From: Priapulus caudatus | Lineage: Eukaryota | Length of the DNA stretch: 64,000 nucleotides | NCBI RefSeq assembly: GCF_000485595.1 | Contig: NW_014577079.1 | Span: 104,366 to 168,365, forward strand | Direction of reading: 5' to 3' | Part shown: positions 26,543 to 42,424 of the stretch, piece after piece | Layout of the letters: the number at the start of each line of letters is the position of its first letter | Numbering within the stretch: position 1 is the stretch's first letter | Program-made: the position numbers and the translations under genes | Notes under the pieces: model-generated | Seen by the model: only the letters and a program-made list of their open reading frames with translations | Databases searched by the model: none | Told to the model about the DNA's origin: nothing

Positions 26543-26999
26543 ATGCAGTTCCACGCGAAGCACGGCTCGGCGATAGTGCTCGTCGACGGCAACACGCGCG
26601 CCAAGCGCACGCACGGCTTCTGCAATGCCGTGACCTTCAGCAGCCGGCCGCTGGAGGTCGGCGAGTTTATGTCGCTCGACGTCACGAAGACGACTCTGTG
26701 GAGCGGTGCCGTGCGGCTCGGCGTGACGATACGCAAGCCGGACACGCTCGAGTGGCTGCCACGCTATGCCGTGCCCGACCTGACGAGTCGGCCCGGCTTC
26801 TGGGTGAAGTCAGTGCGCGAGCAGTGGCTGAGTGACGGCTCGCGCATCACGTTTGTTGTCACTGACGACGGCAACCTACAGCTGTTTGTCAACAACGTGC
26901 ACAAGTCGACGCTGCTCTTCGGGCTGCCCGTGCACCAGCGGCTGTGGGCCGTCATAGACATCTACGGCAATACGGACTCGGTGAGGATCATTGGCAAAG
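26543..26999 (+). CDS. ROCO-TIR gene exon 1: Neuralized homology repeat (NHR) domain
   Basis: MQFHAKHGSAIVLVDGNTRAKRTHGFCNAVTFSSRPL...WSGAVRLGVT...LPRYAVPDLTSRPGFWVK...LWAVIDIYGNTDSVRI is a canonical NHR. Donor AAG|GTGAGC, phase 1. Confidence 0.92.
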
Positions 27000-27009
27000 G
27001 TGAGCGGTA

Positions 27010-29150
27010 GTGCTGCCGTCTCGTGTGAGAGTGTGCATGTGTGTGCGTGCGTATATGTGTCTGTGCGTGTGTGTGTGTATGAGTCTGCGTGTGTGCATGC
27101 CTGAACTGCGTGCGTATATGTGTCTGTGCGTGTGTGAGTCTTTGCGTGTTTGCATGTGTATATGAGTGTGCGTGTGTGCGTGCGTGCGTATATGAGTATG
27201 TGCGTATGTGCGTGCGTATATGAGTCTGTACATGTGTGCGTGTATATATATGAGTCTGTGCGTGTGTGCGTGCGTATATGAGTCCGTGCGTGTGTGCGTG
27301 TGTGCTTGCGTATATGATTCTGTGCGTGTGTGCATGTGTATATATGAGTGTGTGTGTGTGTGTGTGCGTGCGTATATGAGTCTGTGCGTGTGTGCGTGCT
27401 TACATATATAAGTGTGCGTGTGTACGTGCGCGTGTATGAGTGTGCGTGTATGCGTGCGTATATGATTCTGTGTGTGTGTGCGTGCGTGCGTGCGTGCGTG
27501 CGTGCGTGTGTGTGTGTGCGTGCGTGCGTATATGAGTCTGTGCGTGTGTGCGTGCGTATATGAGTCTGTGCGTGTGTGCGTGCGTATATGAGTCTGTGCG
27601 TGTGTGCACGCGTGCGTATTATGAGTCTGTGCGTGTGTGCATGTGTATATGAGTCTGTGTCTGCGTGTGTGCGTGCGTATATGAGTGCGCGTGTGTGCGT
27701 GCGTATATGTGTCTGTGCGTGTGTGTGTGCGTATATGAGTCTGCATGTGTGCGTGCGTATATGAGTCTGCATGTGTGCGTGCGTATATGAGTCTGTGCGT
27801 GTGTGCGTGCGTATATTAGGGTGCGTGTGTGCGTGTGTGCGTGTGTGCGTGCGTGTGTGCGTGCGTATATGAGTCTGTGCGTGTGTGCGTGCTTGCACTA
27901 TAGTCTACGTGCGTACGTATATGAGTGTGCGTGTGTGCATGCTTGGACTGCGTTCGTATGTGATTCTGTGCTTGTGTGCGTGCCTGCGTGCGTGCGTGCG
28001 TGCGTATACGAGTCTGTGCGTGTGTGCGTGCTTGCACTACGTGCGTGCGTATATGAGTGTGTGTGCGTGCGTGCTTGCACTGCGTTCGTATGTGAGTCTG
28101 TGCGTGCCTGCGTGCGTGCGTGCATATATGAGTGTGCGTATGTGCGTGCCTGCATGCATGCGTGCGTATATGAGTGTGCGTGTGTGCATGCTTGCAATGC
28201 GTTCGTATGTGATTCTGTGCGTGTGTGCGTGCGTGCGTATATGAGTGTGCGTGTGTGCGTGCTTGCACTGCGTTCGTATGTGAGTTTCTTCATGTGTGCG
28301 TGCGTGCGTGCATATATGAGCCTCTGCGTGTGTGCCAGTGCGTGTGTGTACGTATGTGCACTGTGTACATATATGAATGAGTCTGTGCGTGTGTGCGCGT
28401 GTGTGTGTGCTTGCACTGCGTACGTATATGAGCCTGTGTGTGTGTGCGTGTGTGTGTACTTGCACTGCGTACGTAGATCAGTCTGTGCGTGTGTGCGTGT
28501 GTGCGTGTGTTTGCACTACGTACGTATATGAGCCTGCATGTGTGTGTGTGCGTGTGTGTGTGCTTGCACTGCGTACGTAGATCAGTCTGTGTGTGTGTGT
28601 GTGAGTGTTTGCACTAGCTGCGTACGTATATATGAACCTGTGTGTGTGTGTGTGTGCTTGCACTGCGTACGTACTATATGAGTCTGTGCGTGTGTGTGTG
28701 CTTGTACTGCGTGCATATATGAGCCTGTGAGTGTGTGCGTGTATGTGTACTTGCACTGCGTGCATATATATGAGCCTGTGAGTGTGTGCGTGTATGTGTA
28801 CTTGCACTGCGTACGTATATGAGTATGTGCGTGTGTGTGTGTATGCGTGTGTTTGCACTGCGTACGCATATGAGCCTGTGCGTGTGTGCGTGTGTGTGTG
28901 CTTGCACTGCGTAGGTATATGAGTCTGTGCGTGTGTGCGTGTGTGCGTGTGTTTGCACTGCGTAGGTATATGAGTCTGTGCGTGTGTGCGTGTGTGCGTA
29001 TATGAGTCTGTGCGTGTGTGCGTATATATGAGTCTGGGCGTGTGTGCGTGCGTGCGTATATATGAGTCTGTGCGCGCGCGTGGGCACAGGTGTTTGGTTG
29101 TGTGTGTGCATGCACGCGCGTGTGTTTGTCTGTGTCTGTAAGTGTATGTC
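27010..29150. repeat. Complex (TG/TGCG)n microsatellite and minisatellite
   Basis: TGCGTGTG / GTATATGAGTCTG units; source of many spurious ORFs. Confidence 0.95.
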
Positions 29151-30328
29151 TGTCTAGCTATTTAAAATGAACTAAATTTGATTCGTAGATTTACCTTTGA
29201 CAGTACTAACATGATGACTCACGATGACATCAGATTTTCCTTGATCCTTGTGCCTTATAGTTATAACTATTATATGATCTATAGTGTTTGATGGAATTTT
29301 TCTGTGATTTGCATGTGATATTGACTACTTTTCTGTGTAAATATGAATTTTAATAGATTTTTTTTAAATGCCGTCAAGTACCTGATTTGTCTCTTTGAAA
29401 AACAGCGAGTTATATCTAGCCATATCCCAAACTCCCCTGAAATTAATATCCTGGCCAGATTGTCCAGGTTCTAATTCATCATGTGAAAAGATAGCTTGAT
29501 ATTGTCTTTACTAATTACACATACTAGTAGTACTGCCTTTCAAACTCAACAGCTTCCAAACGTTTAATATATAATATTTTTTATATTAAATGGTAACTTC
29601 CATTCTAACGTCAGTTTAAAGCATGACGAAGAGATATACTTCTTGAAAGCTCGCAAATTAAACTTTAAACACCCTTTTTCTATTTTGTTACATTTGTTTT
29701 CATATCTACGTGGGTGTTTGCATGTGATTTTACTTATTATTGTATATATATGGCTTAATTGTTCATTGAAATCAAAGTTTGCATGGTAGTTAGTTGGAGC
29801 GGACACCTCTTCATTCCAGGAATTGCCCTGTTTGAAAAACGTACATGCTAAGTTATTATACTTACATAATACTTGTATGCTTAGTTATACAGAACATTTT
29901 TAGTAATTGTTGCAAAAGCTGTGCGTCTTTATTTGGCTCTTTCAATCATTCTTTGACAGCGTTGTCTGTTAGTAAATTTCGCAATACAATCAGCTTTCTA
30001 AACATTATTATTATTAATGCAATTATCTCAGGGATAATTATGTATTATTATGAGAACCTTTCCCCTAACGAATGGAAATTAATGTGTTCGTCTTCGGTTC
30101 TGTGAGAATATTCGCCCTGTACTGCCTTGCTGAGCTGTGTCATGTATGTCTCCGGTGCTAATCTGTACGCAGACCTCCTGGTTAATTATGTTACTTTCCA
30201 ATTTTAGAAGGGCGAAGGCGAATTCGTGCTCCATCGTAATTAATGTGATTAGCAAATGCTTGTATCGATGGTGTACGTGGTTTGAAGTGTGATGTTGTAT
30301 GGCATATATAGTTGCATATATATGCCTT

Positions 30329-31400
<1,072 letters not shown>

Positions 31401-34400
31401 TCCCTCTGCCCATGGCGCTGTTGTTCCTCTTTTCCCCACACATCTCCCTATCCTAGCTCCCCTCTTCCCTTGCTTCGCGTACCCCCCTCTTCTCGCATGA
31501 GTATATAATATATATATATCATATATATACTACTATATATATAGTACTATAGTACTAGTATATGTGTGCCTGTGTGTGGTGTGTTCTCGTCGGAATCCCT
31601 CTCTCTCTTTCTCTCGTTGTAATGTCGTGGCCTGATTTTGATATCGTTAGCCCTATAGTGGCCAACCTCTTCAGGTATTGCAGCCAGGCAGGCAGCTGCA
31701 AGGTATTGTGGTACAGTATTAGAGTGTACACCTGCGCCTCCTGGGCGTAGGTTTGCCTAAGGTGTGAGGGATGTTAATCAATATTTGGTACCTAAAGCGT
31801 TAGCTGTCATAGTCGCGTAGACAGCCGTGGACACGGAGGTAATATATGTTAGGCAGGTGTTGCTTGCAGACTATTTCAAAAGGTTCCATCATGAAACTAT
31901 CAGATTTAGGGACGACAATTTTATGCGTCTTACGGCGCCGCGTTTAGACACATAATAAACACCGCATGTATATAAAATAAAATTTCCGCCGGTCTATATT
32001 TATTAGGGAGCGGTAGCGCTATATGCCGGCTTTTTAAGTGAGTTGCAGTGGTTTTTTAAAGTTTAACTTGTTAGTTTAAGGTTGCGATGTTGTGAGATAC
32101 TGTTAGATAAAGGCACGCGCGTCTGTCGTGATGGAGTGCAAACTAAACGTAGCCGGTGTTTATTAAAACACATACACGCACACATGACGCATGCGAGAAT
32201 ACGATCAGGTATCGCGTACGTTGCCATTTTCAGAACTCGATTCATATGCCGTGCAGCCGTTGTGCCGTGTGTTTTATTTTTTGGGCTGGCATAAAACAAT
32301 GCGAACAATCTTTATAGTATATGTTTATTGCGCCGCCAGTGTACTGCTCTGACTATACAGCAGAAACCTTCATGTACTGCCTTTCCAAACTCAAGCTTTC
32401 CAAACGTTAAACCGGTAATTTCTATTTCTAACGTCCAGTTTAAAGCCCATATGTGGATGATGTAGTGTCTCCTGGCTGCCTAATCTGTACGCAAGACCTC
32501 CTGTCGTAATTATGGTCTCACTTTCCAATTTAGACAAGGCGAAGGCGAATCTCCGTGCTCCATCGCTAATTAACCGTGTATGTAATTGCATTGTAATCAA
32601 AACTGGGAATTGGCCTTATATAATTGTATGCGTTACACATATATGGGTGTCGTGCAGGCAATTAGGCGCGCGCCTCGTACGTGCTGCGCATGTGGTACCA
32701 GCACCATGGCTTCACTATGTATGTCTAATTGGGTTATGAGAGGTAAATACATATCAACGTAATCATGTACCGTGGTCGTGCGCAAATTATTTTAAATTAG
32801 AGTATTAGAAGAGAGAGAGAGAGAGACAGTGAGAGAGCAGACGGAGAGACAGAGCGAGGACCGAAGGTTAGACAAATTAAGCTAGATTGATGTATTGTGT
32901 TGATATATCCTTGTCACTGCCCCTGCAGCTATCTGCTCCATAGTGATTTTGAAATGTCATTGTTGCTACGTGAATCAATACTGAGAGAAGATAACTAGAT
33001 AGCCGCGGTCAATTGGGGGAATCGAGTATACGCTATAGCTAGAAAGGCCCTATTAATATTGCCATGCAATGCAGTCACTGCCGCACCCACAAAGCAACGA
33101 ATTGTACAACAATATGTAATCCTGGTTAACACGGTAAACCCGATGTACTAGAATGTTGAAATTCATTAAAGCAATCATTGATGAGCTTTACAACTCTGTG
33201 TGATGACATACTGCTCCCATAGGAGCTGGTTATTGTAATCAAAACTGGAATTGGCCTATATGAATTGATGCGTTACACATATATGGTGTCGTGCAGTATT
33301 AGGGGGTGCCTGCGCATGTGGTACCAGCACATGGCTTCATAGTATGCTATATTGAGTATTAAGAGTAATACATACATACTACATATGTACGTGCGTGTGC
33401 GCAAATTATTTAAATTAAGTATTAATGTAAAATATTAAATGTATATTTTATATTACACAACATACATTTAATATTTGATATTAATACTTAATTTAAAGAA
33501 TTAAAAAAAAAATATACAACACCTCATTCTTATATTTCTATGTGTAAGTATAATATTTGTAATAATAATAATAGTATTTTTTATTAATATTAATAATACA
33601 ATTATTGCCTAGTTGCAAAGGAATTTTTAAATTTTGTTACCTGAGACGTTTACTGACAAGGTTAACATTGATTTTGCTAAGTTCTCAGAACTATGATGCC
33701 TAAACAGCCGAACAATAATTTTTTTATTCTATGTCAAAAATCACGAGTAATTAATACTAGGGGGAGTCCTCCACATTCTATGGAGAAAATCCCACGCATT
33801 TGCCTTAGTCTACCCATGATTTATAAATCATAACTCAATAAACACGAACTCAAAAATTTCTTTAACCATTCAAAATTCCTCGGTCCTAATAGTTTTTTTC
33901 CCGCATATAATTACAATCCACAGAGGTTGATCGGAATTTACACATTCAGATAATCATGGCCCGTACCAATTTGTAGATGGGTCGTAGTGAAATCTGTCAT
34001 ATAATGGCAAATATTATAACGGGGTTAGTTGGGAATCTCAGCACAAACGCTTTATATTTTTAAATCACATTTTGATTTGATTATTCAGCTACATTCTGCT
34101 CTACTATCATTACGTTTTAACACACCTGTTGATTACAATTTGCTCGTCACTAGTGCACCACTCGCCATGTGACCTATCACGGTGGCTATAGAAACAGCTA
34201 TTTATTCTAGGTGGCAGCACGGAGCCTAGTCGCGGCAACGTTGATATTCAGCCTGGCTCAATATTGGTTTTTATTCATGGCATATCGGCCATGCTCTTGC
34301 CACATCACAATGCGCATTGATTTTTCCAGCATTATGATAACAGCTTTTTCTCTCTCTCAACATCTCTGTGGATATTTCTCTCTCCTCTTTTAGATCCCTG

Positions 34401-35307
34401 CGCTCTCTTTTTTACCTCTGATCAACTCGTTTTCTCGCTCTCTTCCCTCGCTTTGACTATCTGTGGTTACCTGTTACATATTACGCTCGCTCTCATTAAT
34501 ATTCCNNNNNNNNNNNNNNNNNNNNNNNNNNNNNNNNNNNNNNNNNNNNNNNNNNNNNNNNNNNNNNNNNNNNNNNNNNNNNNNNNNNNNNNNNNNNNNN
34601 NNNNNNNNNNNNNNNNNNNNNNNNNNNNNNNNNNNNNNNNNNNNNNNNNNNNNNNNNNNNNNNNNNNNNNNNNNNNNNNNNNNNNNNNNNNNNNNNNNNN
34701 NNNNNNNNNNNNNNNNNNNNNNNNNNNNNNNNNNNNNNNNNNNNNNNNNNNNNNNNNNNNNNNNNNNNNNNNNNNNNNNNNNNNNNNNNNNNNNNNNNNN
34801 NNNNNNNNNNNNNNNNNNNNNNNNNNNNNNNNNNNNNNNNNNNNNNNNNNNNNNNNNNNNNNNNNNNNNNNNNNNNNNNNNNNNNNNNNNNNNNNNNNNN
34901 NNNNNNAACAGTATTTATTCTAGGTGGCAGCACGGCCTAGTGGGCAACGTTGATATTCAGTGGTCAATATTAGTTTTTATTTCATGGCATATGGCATGCT
35001 CTGCAACCATCACAATGCGATGATTTTTCCAGCCATATAACAGCTTTCTTTCTCTCTCTCACACTCTCTGTGGTTTTCTCTCCGTCTTTTAGTCCCTGTC
35101 GCTCTCTTTTTACTCGATCACTCGTTTTCTCGCTCTCTCTCCTCGTTTGATATTGTGTTACCTGTTACATATACGCTCGCTCCTCTATAATGCATTTTAT
35201 ATGCTTTCCTCTATATGGCATGTGGGAGAGGGCTTTTAATCTTTCAACGCGAGCAAACACGAGTCGGCAGCCTATATGCAGCGAGCGGTGCACGATTACG
35301 TTTTCAG

Positions 35308-35470
35308 ACGAGGCGCCCGTGGAGATTGTCTCGCGAGGACGCGAGGCGATGCGCGTGTTCCAGCACGCCTCCGCCTCGGGCACGACGCCCGTCCATCGCA
35401 CACGCATCATGATAGTCGGACCTCACCGCGTCGGCAAGACGCGTCTCAAGAGCGCCATGCTGGGACACAG
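35308..35470 (+). CDS. ROCO-TIR exon 2: pre-Roc helix and P-loop (G1)
   Basis: ttttcag| in phase 1. DEAPVEIVSRGREAMRVFQHASASGTTPVHRTRIMIVGPHRVGKTRLKSAMLGH contains GxxxxGKT. Donor |gtgagc. Confidence 0.9.
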
Positions 35471-36901
35471 GTGAGCTGGCGCGCGCGTGTGCCGTAGAGT
35501 GTCAACTAGGAGTGATCAGGAATAAAAGGAAGTGACAGGATCAGAATCAGTAATCAGTAACAGGATGATTTCCACTGACAGGAACATTTGCGTGCTCGCA
35601 AAGTGAGCGGAAGTCCGTCGGGGCGTGGTTCCGATATTTCCCCCCAGTTTTACGGGTTGGAAAGAGTCGAAAGTGGTCCTTTTCACAAAATAAGACAATT
35701 AAGTGAAAGGAGTATAACTAAAAATCGGGCAGATCGTAAATTAATTCACTGCAATAAATGCGTGGCCGCCGTCGGCAGTAAAATTTACCTTCTAGTGCGA
35801 AAACGAGACGTCGAAAGATGGCAAGACAACTCTTTAGCTAATAAATATGCTGGCGACCTGTGATGCGTGGCGTTTGTAAGTGCGTACGGGCGAGCTACCC
35901 AGTGAGCGGATGCAAAAAATCCTGGTCAGACGTCAGCAATAACGCGATTGATCCCGCGAGCACAAACCTCTAAAAAGTATTGCTGACGAAAGTAAGTGTG
36001 TATTGCCTTAAAAAAAATGCTCTCAGCGGCCCTCGTGAATGTCTCTCGAAAGAAGCGTTTAGTAACGATCTACGTCAGTGCGTGGGGATGCATGGAGACA
36101 TGACAGTGTGTGCGAGTGGTGCAGCACTGGTGACGCCGAGAGGTGGAATCGGCTGGTGTTGTACCGTACCGTTTTAGAGAAGACTTAACAGCGATGTGAA
36201 CACAACAACGACAGTAGTGTCTGTAATTTGACGAGTGTATTTTCGCACTTGCTCTGCGTTCCAAGTGATTGATGTCGTAAGCGTGACATTATTACCTTTG
36301 AGATTGCTCGCAACAGCTCTGCTGAATGACACTTAGAGAAATAATTTACACAGTTTTATTGCGTCTACACGTGAGCATATCTGTACGTTGTGCAGTGTAG
36401 TTTACATTCGTGCGGTCGGTGCAATTGAGACTATATAGAATATATTAGAATATAAATTTTTTGGTTTAATGTGCAGTTAAATATTCAGTGTAATATAAAT
36501 ACAAGGAATTTATACTATATAAAATTATAATGTTTCAATTTTATTAAATAAGTTGAGTAAAGGCAGTAAATTAAACGGCTTTTATTAAACGCAACTGATT
36601 GTATGCGTCTGAAAGAATCTAGTTTCCATAAAAAATTAATACGAATAAAAATGATCTATACGGAGATATATGTTTGTTATCAATATTATACTCTGTTATA
36701 CAACGTTATACTCTGTTATACAACGTATTATACTATGTTATAATATGTTATGTTATATTATATTATATTGTATTACATAACATTATATTATATCATTTTA
36801 TATTATATTATAGTATACTATAATAATTATATTATATTATATTATATTGTATGTGATAATTAGCAGTAGTACATCTCACTATTCATCATACATGCTTACA
36901 G

Positions 36902-37053
36902 GGATAACACGGGTGCTCTCAGTACTGATGAGATTGACATGTCAGCTAGCTGTGAGGTACTGCTTGATGATGGCGCTGCCGTGTGGCTCTCTCACAGCAA
37001 AGATCAGCATCCACTGCCTCCTGCCAATGGAGTCACTAAGAAATCTGTCAACG
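36902..37053 (+). CDS. ROCO-TIR exon 3: Roc switch I (G2)
   Basis: ttacag| phase 2 to |gtaggt phase 1. DNTGALSTDEIDMSASCEV...W resembles the Roc STxGI motif. Confidence 0.8.
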
Positions 37054-37710
37054 GTAGGTCATGCGCTTAGTTTCCAAATTAGCTGCCACTTTCCCTCATT
37101 TACCAGTTTATCACTTGCATTTGCCAGCAATCCGGCTTATTGCTTTCACCTGCTTGCGACTCAATGCATTCTAAATTTAGCGAAGGATTTGTAGATGGAA
37201 AATCCCGACGCCACTCGCAATTCGCACCTTGCAGGAGATGTAGGCAATTAATTCGCTTTTTCAAAAGTTAGGAATGCCTCTTATTTCTATCTGCACACTA
37301 CGTCTCAGCGAAGACAGTGACTCAGCAATACGTGCTATGGGCACTATATATATGGGCTTTATTTCTCTGTGTTGTTATAATCTAACAGGCAGTATGTTGA
37401 ATTTTGTTTCCCTGCGTTGTCGTAGTGGCGTGGGCAATAGGTTAAAGTTTATATTTCTGCACACTTATAATTTAAAAATCTGTTATGCAAAATTAAACAG
37501 ACCTTATATTATTACCATAATCCTACCTATACGTATGTTCATGCTACTACTTACCACGGTTCCTTATAGTATTCTTCACGTCTGTTTCTTACATACTTAC
37601 TTATATCTTGCCCTCATAGTGTTCTTTACCTGTGGTCTTTATATTATTCCTTATATCTGGTCTTTATATTATTCATTACCGCGTAATCTTATGGTCTCAT
37701 AATTCATTAG

Positions 37711-37862
37711 AACAAGAGGAAGGCCAGGATGAAGATTATTCAAGGGCGGTGGCCACGAATGTCGTCCAAGAGCTAATCGCACTGAAACGGCAGAAGGAGG
37801 AAGAGAAACGGCAGAGGCTCGGCGATTCTGAATTCTCTATCGACTCAGAAGAAGAGAAGCAG
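37711..37862 (+). CDS. ROCO-TIR exon 4: acidic/helical insert in Roc
   Basis: cattag| phase 1 to |gtgagg phase 0. EQEEGQDEDYSRAVATNVVQELIALKRQKEEEKRQRLGDSEFSIDSEEEKQ. Confidence 0.8.
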
Positions 37863-38251
37863 GTGAGGGCTCCTCCGTCGATTGCACAATCTGCGACCCT
37901 GACTGTGCGACCCTGGCTGTGCGTGCGTCGTTCTTGCTTTCTGTGTGCCACAGGGGGATGGTGGTGGCCTAATTGCTTAGTACTGGGATTCTCCCATTTA
38001 TGCTCAGGGAACACGTCGAAGACTGTCAACGTCGTAACCTTTGAATGACTCTTCACTTCAAAAGTTGTGATGTTTGACATATTCAATGTCTCTGACGGTG
38101 GGTTCCGGAGCGGTATCGTCCACATTGCTCATTGTTATTGCGTAGACTCAGAAGCAGAGAAGTAGGCACGGCCGTCTAAATGGCATCGTTTGTCAACCTA
38201 TTCCACCCACTGTTTACTGTTTGTGCGAGGTGATACATGACTGCATTACAA

Positions 38252-38700
38252 GGCGCAGCGGTGGCCTAATGGTTAGCACTCAGAACTTGAGGTTTAAGGT
38301 GAAGGTCTGAAGCTTCTTGCGCCACCGTACTGCACTGCCAGTGTGATAAAGGCACTTTATTTCTCGATTGGGTTCCGCCGCCGTTGGCTCGTACTCTTAG
38401 TAATGAGTTTACAGCGCGAGACAGCGGAGAGGTAATCATTCTGGGTCGAGCATAGCTGGCTCGGGGGAAATCACGGCTGCTCCCCCGCGTGTCGTTCAGC
38501 AAGGCACTTCACTCGCATTATACCTCGTATCGAAGTGTGCAAATACTCTGCAGGGACTACCTTTTATGTGACAACTAGTGGTTTATGCATCCGTCGTTGT
38601 GTAAAGTACTTGTCTGTTTGGGTATTTATGTTCGCGTTTAGCGCAGACCCGGTACGGCATTGCCTTTGTAAACGTTGTCGCCCGTCATGTAGTATTCACT
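38252..38700 (+). mobile_element. Degenerate tRNA-derived SINE
   Basis: GGCGCAGCGGTGGCCTAATGGTTAG A-box head and a GTGTCGTTCAGCAAGGCACTT core-like segment. The 3' end is uncertain. Confidence 0.4.
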
Positions 38701-39027
38701 CGAACCTGTATGAAAAGGATCACTCGGGCAGAATGGCAAGTGTGTTGTTTATAGATAGTAGTGTACGTTGTATAGACGTGGTTTCACTGTATAATTTCTA
38801 TCCGAGGAAAACGCCAAAAGCGACTTTCATAGACAAGTCTCCGTTCTGTGAATGTGACTTCACTTCATAGCTGCCACTCAAGGGAGGCGTCAAAGATTCC
38901 TTTATAGGCAGGTGGCCGTTCTATAGAGGTGGTTTCACTGGATGCCTCCCAGTCCGTTCGCTAAAGCTGACCGCCGTTCCGTAGAGGTGACTGCTAATAC
39001 AGGCCTGACTGCATGTAGTCACCTTGT

Positions 39028-39421
39028 AGCTTAACATGCGTCTAAACAGAGGAATTGCTCCGACCTGTGATTGGAGGATAAAAATAGACCCCGCCCACTT
39101 TTTCATTTTTGGAGGATAAAAATAGAATTCGTGACGTTTCGTTTCACCGGTCATAGCCGCGCGTGCATGATATTTGCTAATTAATTAGACTAATCACGCT
39201 TTAATAGACTCAAAATTCACAGCGATTAAGGCTAAGTCATCATGTCTATAATAGCTAGAATTTATAGAAATGTAACTCAAATCGTTTGCTCCATATATGA
39301 TATAGTTAGTACACGTTCCTACCGGTCATAGCATAGCGTATGCGGCGGGAGTGGGCGGGGTCTATTTTTATCCTCCAATTACAGGTCGGAGCAATTCCTC
39401 TGTTTAGAGGCATGTGTAGCT
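39028..39421. mobile_element. MITE with ~70-bp TIRs
   Basis: TCTAAACAGAGGAATTGCTCCGACCTGT.ATTGGAGGATAAAAATAGACCCCGCCCACT is mirrored at about 39350-39421. Confidence 0.7.
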
Positions 39422-39547
39422 TAGACAACCATTTTGTCGGCAGTCTATATAATAATACAGCGATGCTTGCAACAAAGAAACCTAAAGGTTGCGCACAATG
39501 CTTTGCAGATCCCTATTTATTTACCAGAGGAACGTGGTATTGATCGA

Positions 39548-39585
<38 letters not shown>

Positions 39586-40749
39586 TGTCCGATTCGTTTA
39601 GTGGGTGCGCAGCCTTTATACCATGAGTAACTAGGCGAGATGATACGTGTACTATCACTTTAAGTGTTTGCGCCAGACACACGCGCAATGTGTCTACTCG
39701 GGTCAGTGTCGTACCCAGGGGCGGATTCAGTACGTATTTGCCGTATTGGGAAATACGGTCTAGATAGATCTATTGGGTATTGCCGTATTGGGAAATACGG
39801 TCTAGATTTCAAAGTGCCCTTCGAAATTTTGCGCTAAAAAATACAGAAAACAATTTGATGGAATTTGGCTATATTCTTTATTTGTTTTCTTTTTCTTCTG
39901 ATTCATTGACAGGACTTGAAGGAAATCAAAATTTTACATGGTAACACGGTGTGTTGGATTTAGGGCAGACACGGGTGGACTGAACTGACTGCAGGAGAGA
40001 TGGGTCTTGTGACATCCCAAAATAAAAAATTTCATCTACATGGTCAGGTGTATTGGTAAAATAAGTGAATAAATACTATGTAATAATACAGTAATTCATT
40101 AGAGTATAGTTATTGCAGGAATACACCAAGATGCCAATGTAGTAATTGTTATTAAATAATGTGGTAAATGTAGTATTGGTAGTATTGAGTAATTATGTTA
40201 AGTATACCTCTGACAATAGTATAATATAACTATGCTCAGGAGTAAACAAAAAAACAAGTAGTTTTTTATTCACTCCTGGTATTATGATTGTATAATCACT
40301 TTCCGGCCGTCTATACACTTTATGCATACGTCCAATCTTACTGACAAGGCTTCAAACCCGTTCACCACGTCTCACAACTATTATAGTATTGCTTTTCTCT
40401 CTGTTTACCAAAAGTGAAAGTATTTTTTCGTAATTTCCCTTCGTAAAAATCCCAAGGCAGTTTAGCTCGGCGTCATTTTAGTCGCAGAACGGCATTCATA
40501 TATAGCGTATATTTACTATACATGTATTTTCCATTAGTGTTGCATTGATGCATTGCCGTTTCGAGCTATTTTATGTCGGCGGCACTGTATTGATATATGT
40601 GTGTATTATAGTGGGAACCAGTGCGTTACAGCTACAATAGGGGACGTGGAACATAGCAGTGAAAGTTTGCCTTGGTGGAATGAGAGTGAAAGTTTGATTT
40701 CACAACATGCAGCGGCATATAGTGGTTTTGATACATTAAAACATAATAC

Positions 40750-40789
40750 CAAGAGTCCATAATAGAAAATGTGCTATTATGGACTCTTG
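40750..40789. mobile_element. Tiny palindromic MITE with 7-bp TSD
   Basis: CAAGAGTCCATAATAG...CTATTATGGACTCTTG flanked by ATAATAC on both sides. Similar element at about 6939-6988. Confidence 0.65.
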
Positions 40790-40874
40790 ATAATACTAAT
40801 AATCTCTGTTGTGTCCCAATACATGAACTTAGTCTAAATGCCAACCTTATATATAAATAAATATATATATATAT

Positions 40875-40905
<31 letters not shown>

Positions 40906-42424
40906 TACACGCACGCATCTATATATCTAAAGTTGTTGAGTTTGTGTGTACTCGTATAACTAGAGAACTACGCAGCCTAGAGGAAAACTGAAGATATATT
41001 CAGAATCAGCACGTCTCGGAGGTGGTTCTGGCTGAAACAAACATTTAAAAAAGTTAAACATTGGAAAAAAGTACTAATTTACTATTCGTCAATAGATGGC
41101 GGTGCGTACAGCTTAACATCTCGGATGACTGATTGATGCTTTCTACGCAGAACGTCCAGATAATCATATAATAATACCAACATAATATAATCCAGTGGTC
41201 TGAAATGGATAACCCATCGGTCTTCTAAACCGGGCATTTTGGGTTGGAGTTCCACCTGGGGGAATCTTTTGTTTCTTTACTTTTTGACTGTTTAGTATGT
41301 ACTTCTGCCACTTCACAATTAATTTCAAAATTTCAAAATTTTTACTACATTTAAAAGTTTAGTAAAAATCCAGAATAAACTATGGTAGATAATAATTATA
41401 GCGCAAATTGACGGGAAGCCTTCACGGAAGCCTATGTAGGTTACAGATCAAATATATTTTAATTATTTTTCCATGGTGGGCTGAAATTCACCAAATAAAA
41501 TATAAAAAACGTAACAAATCTATATATATCAAGTTGTTCCATATAAAAACCATATAACAACCAAGGGCGTGATGCTACGAGAAAAGTGAATATTACATGC
41601 ATATCTGATTTTACCATGCACATGCACGTGCTGGCAGCTCACCTGGCTCTACTTTGACCGTATAAGAATGGCCAAAGAAAATTATCCGAGGCCCAATTCC
41701 CCATCTAATACATATTTTTCAATGTGTGTCTGTTTGTCTGTTCTTGATTCAAATATATACGGAGCACTCTAGAAATGTCAAAGACGTTCAGTAGGGGTAC
41801 ATGTTCGTGCTGAATATCATGGGCACATTCGATTTGACCTCCGAGGTCATCTAAGCCACAAAAAAACGGAAAAATATACTGGTCCTTGCAGCAGCATTAT
41901 AAAAAGGCACCCCTGCAGCAACACTAAATAAACGGGCCCCGGAAGCAGCATTAAATAAACGGGATTCACTTTGCACTGACTTGCATGACTGTACAATGCC
42001 CGTTACATTGCGTTACTATACATGCATTATATTACATCCGCCATGTCATGGTCGTAACAACATTCGCCTTGCACTGACTTCATACAGATTGTGCAAGACT
42101 ATTTTCGCTAGGTTAGATATATAGATAGATATAAAGATAAATACATAGATTTATAGATAGATGGATGGATGTATAGATAGATATATTTTTGATAGGTTAG
42201 ATAGATAAATAGATTTACAGATATATTTTTGTGTATTTTTCTTTCAACGAAGTTGTCGTCATCCGAGCGCTTTATTTCCCGGGTAACGCCGGGATAAATA
42301 GTTGATAAATAAATCTCGTAGGTAAAATATTTCTTATTTTATTACAAAATGTGAAATGGCTATGAATGTTAATTATAGGCTCTGCATCTGTTTTTCTATC
42401 ATGCTTTTCTTTTATTAATTTGAT

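Noticed and set aside
26543..26999. Calling the gene neuralized/NEURL, LRRK or DAPK
   Set aside because: A single NHR is followed by Roc-COR-Death-TIR with no RING, SOCS box, LRR or kinase seen, so no gene symbol is assigned.
39914..40725. Extra ROCO exons at about 39914-39941 and 40632-40724
   Set aside because: Weak splice signals, and exon 4 already joins exon 5 in phase without them. Cannot be excluded without RNA data.
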